IMG/VR virus record: IMGVR_UViG_3300032285_003468
Coordinates: 5,214-69,213 of that record
Reading direction: 5' to 3' (one strand)
DNA from: a virus
DNA: 64,000 nt
The notes beneath the pieces were generated by a model. The model saw nothing but the letters and a program-made list of their open reading frames with translations, was not told the origin of the DNA and made no database searches. Made by a program: the position numbers and the translations under genes. Below, one piece after another: positions 55,488 to 64,000 of this stretch (its first letter is position 1; each line of letters starts with the position of its first letter).

Positions 55488-57290
55488 TCAAGAGTATTTT
55501 AAAGAATCCATTTTTAAGCTCCTACCGAGGTTGGCGCTAAAAAGTTTACGGAATACCCGTTGTTGCCGGACCTGAATGCTAGTCTCTTTGCGTTTTTGTT
55601 GAGGAGTCATACCCCCAAAACCCAAACGTTGACGGCACAACTCGATCAAAATCATGGCTGAATCGGCTAAATCAGGAGACTCCCCGGTGCGAGCTTTCAT
55701 GTCAGTTTTAGTTTCTACGACCATCCTTAAACCCACTCCCTTTTGAGTAGTATACTTTCTACTGCACATTTCCTTGGCTAGCTCTCGGTCGATCCCCTTT
55801 AGCTGACCGGTGCGAATCAGCTCTTTTGCACCAAACCAAAGTTCGGTGACTCGATTCACATATCGATCACAAGACAACGTAACGTCCGATATAGATACGG
55901 GTAAATCAGAAGCCTTACCTCCGAATTGCACACCTAATACCTCTTCAGACCACATCATGGACACAACATCTCCAAAGGGTCCTCCAGCCCCCGACTTGTC
56001 GAACGCAGCATAAAAAGGCTCCACGCCTTCTTGCTCGCAGAGATCTTGAAATTTCCTAACGATCTGCTCGGTCCGGGTTTTCTTCCTGTCGGTGACATCG
56101 TCAGAAAGCAATTCGCGATGCGTGTACATGAGCGTGGGAATGCCGTCACGAGAAGTACCAAACAACCCAAACTGAACCGGGGTTCTATCTCCGCCGTTGG
56201 TAAAAGCAGGATCCAGGGCGGCGACTTTGACTGGGGGTTCCAACCAAATGGCATCCTGGTCGGCACCGGCTGCGATAATCTCCGTCTCGGAATAAATGTT
56301 GTCGTCCTCGCCGGTGGGAGCCCAGTACCCACGGAACATTCGATAATACGCCAACGAGTTCTCGCCAAACCTGGCTTTGGCCTCGTCGAGCTTGGCCTGA
56401 GTGACAATCCACGGATAAATGAGCTTTTGGGTGAGCACGTTCGGAGACTTCTCGCCATCGAATCGGATGCACAACCCACGTTCAGTCTCCCACTCATCCT
56501 CCAACGGGCTGATCGTCTGCCACCCGTGTTTGGGCTTTGCCAGGATGCCGAACGCGTCGAAACGACTGGCGGGGTTCCCGATCCCGATAAATTGAAACTC
56601 CGGGTTGAGAGAAAGATTGGAAGCCGACGCCTCCAAAATGGATTCGGAAAGCTCGGGCATTTCGTCGGCAATCACTATCACGCGTGTGTTCTTAAATCCG
56701 ATCAATTTGCCCACGGCCTCCTTCTCTTTCTTCTTTTCGGCGGCGATTAAGGTGATCCCACATTTGTCGCTGGTGCCGCCGGTTCCATCGTCAAAACGAA
56801 TCAGACCCATCGAGTCCACTAGCTTGCCGGGAAGCGGCGGAGCGGCTTGCCAGTAATCTCTAATACTTCCCCAAATGCGTTTGCGGGAATCTTTGAGCGT
56901 GGTGGAAGTGACCAGAACCATCGTGTCGTACGGAGCGACGATGAAGTTGACAATCGCCCAAATCGCAAAGAAATCCGTTTTACCACTCGAAGCGCATCCG
57001 GCAACGGCAAGATATTTATTGACGCAAGCGGCTTCCAACATGCGCTCTGCCCAGGGATGCCAAACGAAGGGCTTCGGACCATCCTCCGGCCAAAGTGCGG
57101 AAACGATTCGCTTAAAATGATATTCCCGACTTTCTCCCCCCTTCTCCGGCGAGACAGGATTGCGGAACGAATAAATCTCCCGATTAAATTGATCGATGGA
57201 CTTCTTCCACCAGCGGCCGTATTGCCATTCTTTGTCCGAAACGTCGACGATACGCCCGTCGGACGTTTTAACTTTGCGCTGAGTCACCAT
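55488..57290 (-). CDS. terL: Terminase large subunit
   Basis: Walker A GCASSGKT, Walker B VIADE, IGN motif, nuclease ALDPA and SPDLADS. Confidence 0.92.
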   Translation of the reverse strand: MVTQRKVKTSDGRIVDVSDKEWQYGRWWKKSIDQFNREIYSFRNPVSPEKGGESREYHFKRIVSALWPEDGPKPFVWHPWAERMLEAACVNKYLAVAGCASSGKTDFFAIWAIVNFIVAPYDTMVLVTSTTLKDSRKRIWGSIRDYWQAAPPLPGKLVDSMGLIRFDDGTGGTSDKCGITLIAAEKKKEKEAVGKLIGFKNTRVIVIADEMPELSESILEASASNLSLNPEFQFIGIGNPASRFDAFGILAKPKHGWQTISPLEDEWETERGLCIRFDGEKSPNVLTQKLIYPWIVTQAKLDEAKARFGENSLAYYRMFRGYWAPTGEDDNIYSETEIIAAGADQDAIWLEPPVKVAALDPAFTNGGDRTPVQFGLFGTSRDGIPTLMYTHRELLSDDVTDRKKTRTEQIVRKFQDLCEQEGVEPFYAAFDKSGAGGPFGDVVSMMWSEEVLGVQFGGKASDLPVSISDVTLSCDRYVNRVTELWFGAKELIRTGQLKGIDRELAKEMCSRKYTTQKGVGLRMVVETKTDMKARTGESPDLADSAMILIELCRQRLGFGGMTPQQKRKETSIQVRQQRVFRKLFSANLGRSLKMDSLKYS

Positions 57291-57510
57291 TGTGTCACCG
57301 GAAAACTGAAAAAACCGGTTTTGCTAGCGGAAAATTCCGGAGCCTACGGGGCTCGAATCTGAAACCGCATATACCAGTAGTACAGAAATGCATAAGGGTT
57401 GATGATACCTTTTCAGAGTAAATGGTCAACCGGTTTCATATACCCGTACCACAAAAAGATGCAGGTATGCACCACTTTTTCCGTTGACAGGCGTCACCAT
57501 CTGTCACCAT
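57283..57510. mobile_element. Putative attP: tRNA 3'-end core with GTCACCAT arm-type repeats
   Basis: Minus strand 57357-57338 TTCGAGCCCCGTAGGCTCCG matches a T-loop, T-stem, acceptor strand and discriminator G; GTCACC(AT) pairs at 57283/57294 and 57493/57503. Confidence 0.75.
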
Positions 57511-57530
57511 AGTAGCGGCTCCTTAAACCT

Positions 57531-58697
57531 ATGAAGACCAAAAAACCCGTCGAATATCCGTTCGTGCAATCTACGCCGTTCGGGAAAGTAAAAATCTATC
57601 GCAACTCCGAGGGAGAGCGCATTCGCTACATCGTGGCGTGGATCGACGCCGATAAAGGCCGCCAGAGGAAAGCGTTCGAGGACGAAGCCCAAGCACATCA
57701 GCGGGCCGAAGAGATTATCGAAGATTTTAAAAAGGGAACCAGCTTTCGCAACAACATCACCGCTGCCAAAGCCGTCCGCATCGCCGAATACGAAAAACTT
57801 CTTGGCGAACACAACGCCACGCTGGCCGACGCCGTCAAACACTTCCTACTTCACATAGAGCGCCAAAACGCCAAGAAAATTCTTGCGGCCGATGCAGTCA
57901 CGAAATTCCTAGAAAGCATCGAGGACAAGAAAACCCGGCACTACGATACGGCGAAATCCGTGTTAACAAAATTCGGCCGTTCTTTTAACAAAACACTCTG
58001 TTCCATCACGCTGGACGAGCTGGACCGCTATTTCCGGAGCGTGTCCCAAACAGGGCGCACTCGAAACAATCACCTCGGGTACGTAAAAACGTTTTTCAAA
58101 TGGGCCCAAGAATGGGGCGGCTACGTGCCCGAAGGTAAAATGCTGATCGAAAAAATAAAACCCTACGAGGAGCAGTCTTTCAAAATCGAGGTGTTCTCGC
58201 CGGACGAAATCAGCAAGCTCCTGAATGCGGCGACCGATAAACTGCGGCCGTACCTGGCTGTCGGAGCTTTTGCAGGAGTTCGTTGCGCCGAGATCTCCCG
58301 GCTCAACTGGGAAGACATTGATTTCGAGACCCGGTCAATTAAACTCTCATCCGAGGTGACCAAAACCAAGCGTCGCAGATTGGCCGCCATGTCAGATAAT
58401 CTGATCCAATGGCTGAACACGCACACCGGGCCAAAAACCGGTCCTCTGGTAGCCGTACCGACCCGGCTGCATAAAGACATAGCCCAACTATGCAACGAAG
58501 CCAAAGTTGCGTGGAAAGATAACGCACTTCGCAAGAGCTACATTTCCTACCGCATGGCCCAACCCGATGCCGACGCCATCCAGGTGTCCAAGCAGTGCGG
58601 AAACAGTCCCGCCATGGTGGAGGAGCACTACAAAGAACTGGTATCGCCAAAAGTAGCAGAAGAATGGTTCTCGGTGTGCCCTACCACTTTACTATGA
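57531..58697 (+). CDS. int: Tyrosine integrase
   Basis: FAGVRCAEI..L.WED, TKT, NALRKS, GNS..V..HY; adjacent attP-like site. Confidence 0.93.
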   Translation: MKTKKPVEYPFVQSTPFGKVKIYRNSEGERIRYIVAWIDADKGRQRKAFEDEAQAHQRAEEIIEDFKKGTSFRNNITAAKAVRIAEYEKLLGEHNATLADAVKHFLLHIERQNAKKILAADAVTKFLESIEDKKTRHYDTAKSVLTKFGRSFNKTLCSITLDELDRYFRSVSQTGRTRNNHLGYVKTFFKWAQEWGGYVPEGKMLIEKIKPYEEQSFKIEVFSPDEISKLLNAATDKLRPYLAVGAFAGVRCAEISRLNWEDIDFETRSIKLSSEVTKTKRRRLAAMSDNLIQWLNTHTGPKTGPLVAVPTRLHKDIAQLCNEAKVAWKDNALRKSYISYRMAQPDADAIQVSKQCGNSPAMVEEHYKELVSPKVAEEWFSVCPTTLL

Positions 58698-58776
58698 AAT
58701 TTCATGTTGCATATACCGCAAACCCGTGCTTAAATCCCCGCCAAAGTTAATCCTAACCTAGAAAGAAAATGCATCC

Positions 58777-58971
58777 ATGCCGAACAAAATCGCAGATCAT
58801 CGCCGTCGCGTTGTCTATATCGAAGAAAAAGAAAATTGGGAGATCATAAAGAAAGTCGCCAAATTCAACGGAATTCCACCTTCGGCCATCATCCGAGTAG
58901 CCACAAACCAAATGTGCGAAAAATTACGCGAGCACCCCAACACCCGGTTTATTCAACCGATATTTGAATAA
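58777..58971 (+). CDS. Small DNA-binding protein, ribbon-helix-helix-like
   Basis: Short beta strand RVVYI then two helices ending PSAIIR. Confidence 0.5.
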   Translation: MPNKIADHRRRVVYIEEKENWEIIKKVAKFNGIPPSAIIRVATNQMCEKLREHPNTRFIQPIFE

Positions 58972-59303
58972 TGAAACGAACATCCTCGCTAATACTCGAA
59001 GCCGGTCCATCCATGCGGATCACCAACTTGACCAACGGTCGAGTAAAGATTGAGCTGGAAGAAGTCGATACCACTTCCCTCGACGCCGCTGCGCCAAGCA
59101 CCGTCTACGACAAAAGCGGACTGGCTAAGCGCCTGGGTGTCAGCAAAAGGTCCATTGATAATTATATTCACCAAGTCAGGAACCCGTTGCCCTATACCAT
59201 AGCTATGGGTAGGGCTCGGTTCCTCGAAACCGACGTCATGAAGTGGCTAGTCGACGGAGCTTCCCCGGCGGCAAAACGCGTCAAAACACGACTCGGACTA
59301 TGA
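58971..59303 (+). CDS. Excisionase-like winged HTH protein
   Basis: DKSGLAKRLGVSKRSIDNY...LPY...RF..DV.KW; next to integrase. Confidence 0.7.
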   Translation: MKRTSSLILEAGPSMRITNLTNGRVKIELEEVDTTSLDAAAPSTVYDKSGLAKRLGVSKRSIDNYIHQVRNPLPYTIAMGRARFLETDVMKWLVDGASPAAKRVKTRLGL

Positions 59304-59752
59304 GTGACGCAATCCTCGCTCTCGACCTCGCAACGCAGACGGGCTGGGCCTATAAAGCTAACGGCTTGATCTCGTCAGGAAGCGAAGGATTCAAACTCAA
59401 GAAAAACGACGGCCCAGGAATGCGCTTCCTCAAATTCCGTTCGTGGCTCCGCGATCAAATCGATTCAGTCAAACCCCAAGTCGTGGTTTACGAGGAGGTC
59501 ATGCGCTGGTCATCCGGTGCCGCAGCCAAATGCTACTGCGGACTCTTGGCGACCGTTCAAACAGAATGCGAAGCCAAAGAAATTCCCTACGAAGGAGTTC
59601 ACGTAGGAACCATCAAGAAGTTCGCCACCAAAAAAGGCAACGCTACCAAGGAGCAGATGATCAAGGCTGCAATGGAGCAGGGATTTACACCGAAAGACGA
59701 CAACGAGGCGGATGCCATTCATCTGCTGCTTCTCCGGTGTAATAAACCCTAA
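59300..59752 (+). CDS. RuvC-like Holliday junction resolvase
   Basis: ILALDLATQTGWA, VVYEE, KKFAT.KGNATK, DNEADA. Confidence 0.85.
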   Translation: MSDAILALDLATQTGWAYKANGLISSGSEGFKLKKNDGPGMRFLKFRSWLRDQIDSVKPQVVVYEEVMRWSSGAAAKCYCGLLATVQTECEAKEIPYEGVHVGTIKKFATKKGNATKEQMIKAAMEQGFTPKDDNEADAIHLLLLRCNKP

Positions 59753-59763
59753 CCTAACCACAC

Positions 59764-60012
59764 ATGAAAGCTGCCCTAGAAGAACAATTAGAACCACACA
59801 TGATGAAAGCCGACGGATTTGACGACCGCATCATAGGAATCGCCGAACGATGCGGTTCACCGAACCTGCTCGCATACGACGCCCAGAAGATCTTCAAGAA
59901 ACTCGTGAAGCAGGGTATGACCGAAGACGAAGCCGTTGAATACTTTTACTTCAACATTTCCGGGGCTTACGTCGGAGAAGGCACCCCAATTTTCATTCAC
60001 AAACCCCTATGA
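59764..60012 (+). CDS. Conserved phage hypothetical protein
   Basis: ADGFDD.IIG...EA.EYF.FNI.GAYVGE.TPIF pattern. Confidence 0.8.
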   Translation: MKAALEEQLEPHMMKADGFDDRIIGIAERCGSPNLLAYDAQKIFKKLVKQGMTEDEAVEYFYFNISGAYVGEGTPIFIHKPL

Positions 60013-60842
60013 AAGATAGCACCAAGATCGTCGTGCCCTGGCACAACCTCGACCAAGTAAACTCGTTTCTCGATGCGTGGAATGCGTTTGCAGACGACGA
60101 GTACTTAGTTCTACAGCAGGACAAAAAGAAAGAAGGCTGCGCGACTACTAAAAACAAGGGAATCGAAGCCGCAATTAAAGCCGGGGCGGAAATCATCGTT
60201 GTCCTCGATGACGACTGCTTCCCCAATACGGGTGGTGGCACTAGGAACAACGAAAGCCCTTGGCTTACGATGCTCTCCGCGACGGAGTTTCCAAACACCA
60301 CATTGGAGCAGTTGGCTACAGCGCACGAACGGGCACTAGAACCTCAAAAAATACCGCTGTTTACCGCAGTAACGGAGCCTGCAAGTAGGGGAACTCCTTA
60401 TTTTGCGAAGTCAGTAGAAATGCCCGTAGCTGCGAGCATGGGTTTCTGGACTGAGATCGGTGATTACGATGCTTGCGGACAGTTGGTTCACGGAGCGACG
60501 CATCCTATGCAATTTTCCAGAGAAGCAATCTATGGACGTTACTTCCCGCTTTGTGGAATGAACCTGGCCTTCAGGGCTGAAGAATGGCCCTGGTGCAAAT
60601 TCATCGACGTCGAGCGTTTCGACGACATCTGGCAGGGATTCATCTGGCAGCGCAAAGCGTATGCGGATGGAAAATGCTTTAACCTTGGCGGACCGCTTGT
60701 ACGTCACTCTCGGCAGTCCAACGTCTGGGCAAACCTACGCGCAGAAGCAGTTAACCTGGAAAAGAATGAGACAGTGTGGCAACGAGCCGCAACGCTCCCT
60801 CTCACCAACTACGAGTCCTTTGTTAAGGAGGTACTCAAATGA
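60009..60842 (+). CDS. Reversibly glycosylated polypeptide (GT75)-like protein
   Basis: LDDDCFP, G.W...DYDA, PLCGMNLAF, RFDDIW.G. Confidence 0.7.
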   Translation: MKDSTKIVVPWHNLDQVNSFLDAWNAFADDEYLVLQQDKKKEGCATTKNKGIEAAIKAGAEIIVVLDDDCFPNTGGGTRNNESPWLTMLSATEFPNTTLEQLATAHERALEPQKIPLFTAVTEPASRGTPYFAKSVEMPVAASMGFWTEIGDYDACGQLVHGATHPMQFSREAIYGRYFPLCGMNLAFRAEEWPWCKFIDVERFDDIWQGFIWQRKAYADGKCFNLGGPLVRHSRQSNVWANLRAEAVNLEKNETVWQRAATLPLTNYESFVKEVLK

Positions 60843-61084
60843 AATCCAATCCCCGTTGGCGTCCGCCAACAATACCCAACGGATGGTCGGCATCTTACAG
60901 ATCCTTTCACGGGTACTGGGAACTGAACTGCCCCCACGGGGTAGGACACCCGGATCCGAGAGATCCAGTTCTCCAAGCCGACGAGTGCGGCGGCGTACAC
61001 GGCTGTGACGGATGCTGCACGGAGCTAGACAAACTTTTGAAAGAAACACCCGAACCAAACCACGACCTACTAAAAACCTTATGA
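60839..61084 (+). CDS. Cys/His-rich hypothetical protein
   Basis: CPHGVGHPDP...VHGCDGCC. Confidence 0.75.
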   Translation: MKSNPRWRPPTIPNGWSASYRSFHGYWELNCPHGVGHPDPRDPVLQADECGGVHGCDGCCTELDKLLKETPEPNHDLLKTL

Positions 61085-61344
61085 ACAACCTCGAAACCGC
61101 AGGATATGAGTCTCCCGTTATGAAACCCCTAACGGACCAACAAGAAACGGCCGTTCAGCTAGCCCTTGTTCATCTAGCGGCTATGTGTGGTGCCGAAGCG
61201 CACGTCCAGTTCAAGACCGGAAAAACCGAAATCGGCTACGACAAAGATTTGGGGTTCGACCGAGCTTTCTTCAACCCCCTTCCCAAAGAACACCCCGAAG
61301 CAGAAACCAAAATCATAACCCGCCTATACCGAAACAAACAATGA
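61081..61344 (+). CDS. Hypothetical protein
   Basis: 87 aa, ATGA-coupled. Confidence 0.7.
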   Translation: MNNLETAGYESPVMKPLTDQQETAVQLALVHLAAMCGAEAHVQFKTGKTEIGYDKDLGFDRAFFNPLPKEHPEAETKIITRLYRNKQ

Positions 61345-61483
61345 GCGACGCACGACTAGAACGTAACTACAAAATGGCACATGCCGCCAGCCCCAACATT
61401 AGCCTGCCTCCGAGCAAGGCTTACCGGGACAACTGGGATTCGATCTTCTCCCGACGCAGTAAAAAGAAAACCAAAAACACCAA

Positions 61484-61675
61484 ATGCAAAACCCAGACTA
61501 CAAAGCAGGTCAAGAAAACATGCGGGAGCGCATCTGCGCCCTCATCGCACACCACATGGAAGTCGCCAAGACGTTCCACGGCAAAGGATCGGACCAACAC
61601 CTCCGGTACTACAACCTCCTCGAAGACATCCGCATCGACCAAGAAGCGGAAGATCAGCACCAAGCAGCTCAGTAA
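61484..61675 (+). CDS. Hypothetical protein
   Basis: 63 aa; overlapped by a competing ORF starting at 61341. Confidence 0.55.
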   Translation: MQNPDYKAGQENMRERICALIAHHMEVAKTFHGKGSDQHLRYYNLLEDIRIDQEAEDQHQAAQ

Positions 61676-61692
61676 ACTAGGACTCGCGATGT

Positions 61693-61980
61693 ATGGAATC
61701 CGATAAAGGTATACTTCAAGAAGCTCTGGAGTGTACCTCCGGAGACCGTCGTCGTGATTACGATCACGCAAAGCCCAACCACGAGCGCATTGCTGCATTG
61801 TGGAATGCCTATCTAGGAATCCGTAAAGATCCCACGGCACCCCTTTCAGCAAGCGACGTGGCGGCGTTGATGATCCAGCTCAAGCTGGCTCGCCATGCCC
61901 ACAGCCCGAAGCGAGACAATTATACCGACATCGCCGGATACGCCAGGTGCCTATCCCAGATCGAAGGATTTGAGCCATGA
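61693..61980 (+). CDS. DUF6378-like phage protein
   Basis: GDRRRDY, RIAALWNAYL, DVA.LM..LK.AR, D..TDIAGYA. Confidence 0.8.
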   Translation: MESDKGILQEALECTSGDRRRDYDHAKPNHERIAALWNAYLGIRKDPTAPLSASDVAALMIQLKLARHAHSPKRDNYTDIAGYARCLSQIEGFEP

Positions 61981-62201
61981 GCGACACTAAAACGGCGATC
62001 AAGCTATCCAAACGCCCTTATTACTATGAGTGCGGAGATGGATGTTGCACCGAATGGGGAGAAACTTGGTATGTAGACGGCGTAGAGGTTTGCTCTGGCC
62101 CATGCGACGACAACAGGCTCCAACAACTTTTGGATCACCTTGGGTTTGATGCCCGTATCATCAACGAAAACGAAGATGGCGAGGAGGTATGTGAACTATG
62201 A
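61977..62201 (+). CDS. Hypothetical protein
   Basis: 74 aa with ECGDGCC. Confidence 0.7.
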   Translation: MSDTKTAIKLSKRPYYYECGDGCCTEWGETWYVDGVEVCSGPCDDNRLQQLLDHLGFDARIINENEDGEEVCEL

Positions 62202-62521
62202 ACCCATCCACAACACCCAACAACGAGGTCGCAAGGCTCCGTGAGCGGTTAGAAAAAGCCGAAGAACTAATCCGAGGTCTGCACGATGGATGGAAGAAAG
62301 CAAGAAAAGCTCACCTTGAAACCTGCAAAAATGCCCAAGCTGAAATCGACAAGCTCCACACAGAAAACATCTGCCTACAAGAACTCATCCAAGAATTCTA
62401 CGAGTGGTCTCGGCGAGACTACCCGACCGAAGCCGAAGTCCGAGAGATCATGGATCGCTACTACAACCTACTAAACCACAACTCGAACAATAAACCCTCC
62501 CAGTTTACTGAAACACCATAA
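62198..62521 (+). CDS. Mosaic coiled-coil protein (NEVARL family)
   Basis: 107 aa, shares DNA blocks with 62585 and 63511. Confidence 0.7.
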   Translation: MNPSTTPNNEVARLRERLEKAEELIRGLHDGWKKARKAHLETCKNAQAEIDKLHTENICLQELIQEFYEWSRRDYPTEAEVREIMDRYYNLLNHNSNNKPSQFTETP

Positions 62522-62584
62522 GTTTACTCACCAGTAAAAAGCTACACAACCAATAAAAACATCAACAACGCATTTAATAAGAAT

Positions 62585-63514
62585 ATGAACCCCGACACCA
62601 CACCAACGCCGATGACGGATGCCAAAAGAAACAAAGCCTTTTGTAATTTAAGAACCGATTATGAAGCCTATGTATACATGGCTAACCATGCTGAAACTTT
62701 AGAACGCGAACTCGCCGAGAAAACCAACGAGGTCGCACGGCTCCGTGAGCTTTTGAACAAAACCTGTGACATCATTGAGTATTCAGCCGACTTGCTAACA
62801 GAAGAAAGCCGAGTAGATACAGCGAACAGATTTAGGGCCAAAATCACTGCCGCGCCAGACGGGAAAACTTGCGAGGGATTAACTGACCCCGAAGCACGAA
62901 AGCGATACGCCGCACTCGCCCCCGCGCCAGAGGAACCAGTTATCCAAGATTTTCGGACTACTGAACTCCGAAAAAGCATTTCATCGGCAATCAACTCCGT
63001 ATCCGCAGAGAATGGTAGTGACACCCCCGACTTCATCCTTGCCGCTTTTCTTACAGACTGCCTAGAGGCATGGAACACAGCTACCAAGCGGCGCAACGAT
63101 TGGTATGCACCTAAAGGACTCGCCCCCGCGCCAGAGGAACCAGTTATCAAGGAATCCTTAACAACTGAACCCGCTCCCAAATGGCGAGACCTTGGCCCTG
63201 ACGAGGTTATCCAAGAGGGGGATGAGTGGTATGCCAAGTTTCATAACCTTGGAAGTTGGCATAAAGCAGATCCGTGGCACATAGATCACAAACCATCTGT
63301 ATTTAATTTCAGCTTCCGCACCCGCCGACCGTTGCCAAAGCAGGAACCCGATGAAGTGGCCCGTCTCAAAGCTATGGTCATGGATGCCGCAAGGCGTGGC
63401 GATGAAATGGCCGCTCACTGGAAAGAACGAGCCGAGAAAGCCGAGGCAATCATTCAGCAACTCCACCACTTCGCAGGGATCATCGAAGGGTTCCAAACCA
63501 CCACCACCAAATGA
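62585..63514 (+). CDS. Mosaic multi-module protein (NEVARL family)
   Basis: 309 aa with internal 31-bp direct repeat. Confidence 0.75.
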   Translation: MNPDTTPTPMTDAKRNKAFCNLRTDYEAYVYMANHAETLERELAEKTNEVARLRELLNKTCDIIEYSADLLTEESRVDTANRFRAKITAAPDGKTCEGLTDPEARKRYAALAPAPEEPVIQDFRTTELRKSISSAINSVSAENGSDTPDFILAAFLTDCLEAWNTATKRRNDWYAPKGLAPAPEEPVIKESLTTEPAPKWRDLGPDEVIQEGDEWYAKFHNLGSWHKADPWHIDHKPSVFNFSFRTRRPLPKQEPDEVARLKAMVMDAARRGDEMAAHWKERAEKAEAIIQQLHHFAGIIEGFQTTTTK

Positions 63515-63867
63515 ACCCCGACACCTTTAACAAGGCACTAGACGCTTGCGTTGAGTACAGAAAGCAGATTGACGAGAAAACCAACGAGGTCGCAAGGCTC
63601 AAGGAGGAAAACGCAAACCTTAGAGGAACCTTAAAATCTTTCGTGCTTGTTTCTCCGATTGAAGCCGAGCGCATGGAAAAAATGGAACAAGAATACGAAA
63701 GGCTCAAAAAACTAATGCGAAACTACATTGATTTCATCGACGCAAACATGGGAACAACTGCCGATTGGCCTATGGAAGCCGCATTCGATGACGAAACTAC
63801 AGCGCAACGCCATTGCGATTTACTGAACGCAATGAAGCGTGAAGTTAAGCCCGAAGACATCAACTGA
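63511..63867 (+). CDS. Mosaic coiled-coil protein (NEVARL family)
   Basis: 118 aa, start MNPDT shared with 62585. Confidence 0.7.
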   Translation: MNPDTFNKALDACVEYRKQIDEKTNEVARLKEENANLRGTLKSFVLVSPIEAERMEKMEQEYERLKKLMRNYIDFIDANMGTTADWPMEAAFDDETTAQRHCDLLNAMKREVKPEDIN

Positions 63868-63868
63868 T

Positions 63869-64000
63869 ATGTACGGAATCCAAGACAAGATTAACCAAAT
63901 CCTGCGAGGGGCAGAAACCATTCGTAAAAATCAATCCATGCAACCATTACAACCCGTCAATTCAACTACCACGTTCTTTGCTGGAAAGGAACTAGAAGAG
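63869..64000 (+). CDS. Hypothetical protein, 3'-truncated by window edge
   Basis: ATG 1 nt after previous stop, open to the end. Confidence 0.5.
   Translation, partial: MYGIQDKINQILRGAETIRKNQSMQPLQPVNSTTTFFAGKELEE

Noticed and set aside
57338-57420. Complete tRNA gene
   Set aside because: Only the 3' 20 nt are tRNA-like; no D arm, anticodon arm or 5' acceptor strand, so treated as an att core
61341-61706. 121-aa ORF from ATG 61341
   Set aside because: The N-terminal YRDNWDSIF part is plausible, but the tail fully overlaps ORF 61484; true extent cannot be resolved

Overview
The window is most of one temperate tailed-phage genome, probably podovirus-like, cut inside its DNA polymerase. Layout: (+) family A DNA polymerase with Leu at the 762-equivalent and a primase-helicase; a 1.6-kb non-coding control region with a candidate structured RNA and an iteron-rich origin/packaging-like segment; (-) a stand-alone terminase small subunit; (+) about 30 small early genes, about 15 of them behind a conserved ACCCGGCATGTA-N4-TGA element placed at the previous stop codon; (-) a 40-kb late operon (terminase, portal, scaffold, capsid, tail fibre, lysis genes, about ten glycosyltransferase-like genes plus rmlC, a Ser/Thr-repeat tail protein, internal virion proteins, a 3041-aa polyvalent protein); a tRNA-3'-end-like attP core; (+) integrase, excisionase-like, RuvC-like and small mosaic genes. 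Leaders are A/C-rich without Shine-Dalgarno motifs; a Verrucomicrobia-like host is only an inference. The strongest novelty candidates are the repeat-delimited early gene array (7056-12580) and the pseudoknotted RNA (about 4841-5111). All protein calls come from motif recognition by eye; no database search was run.
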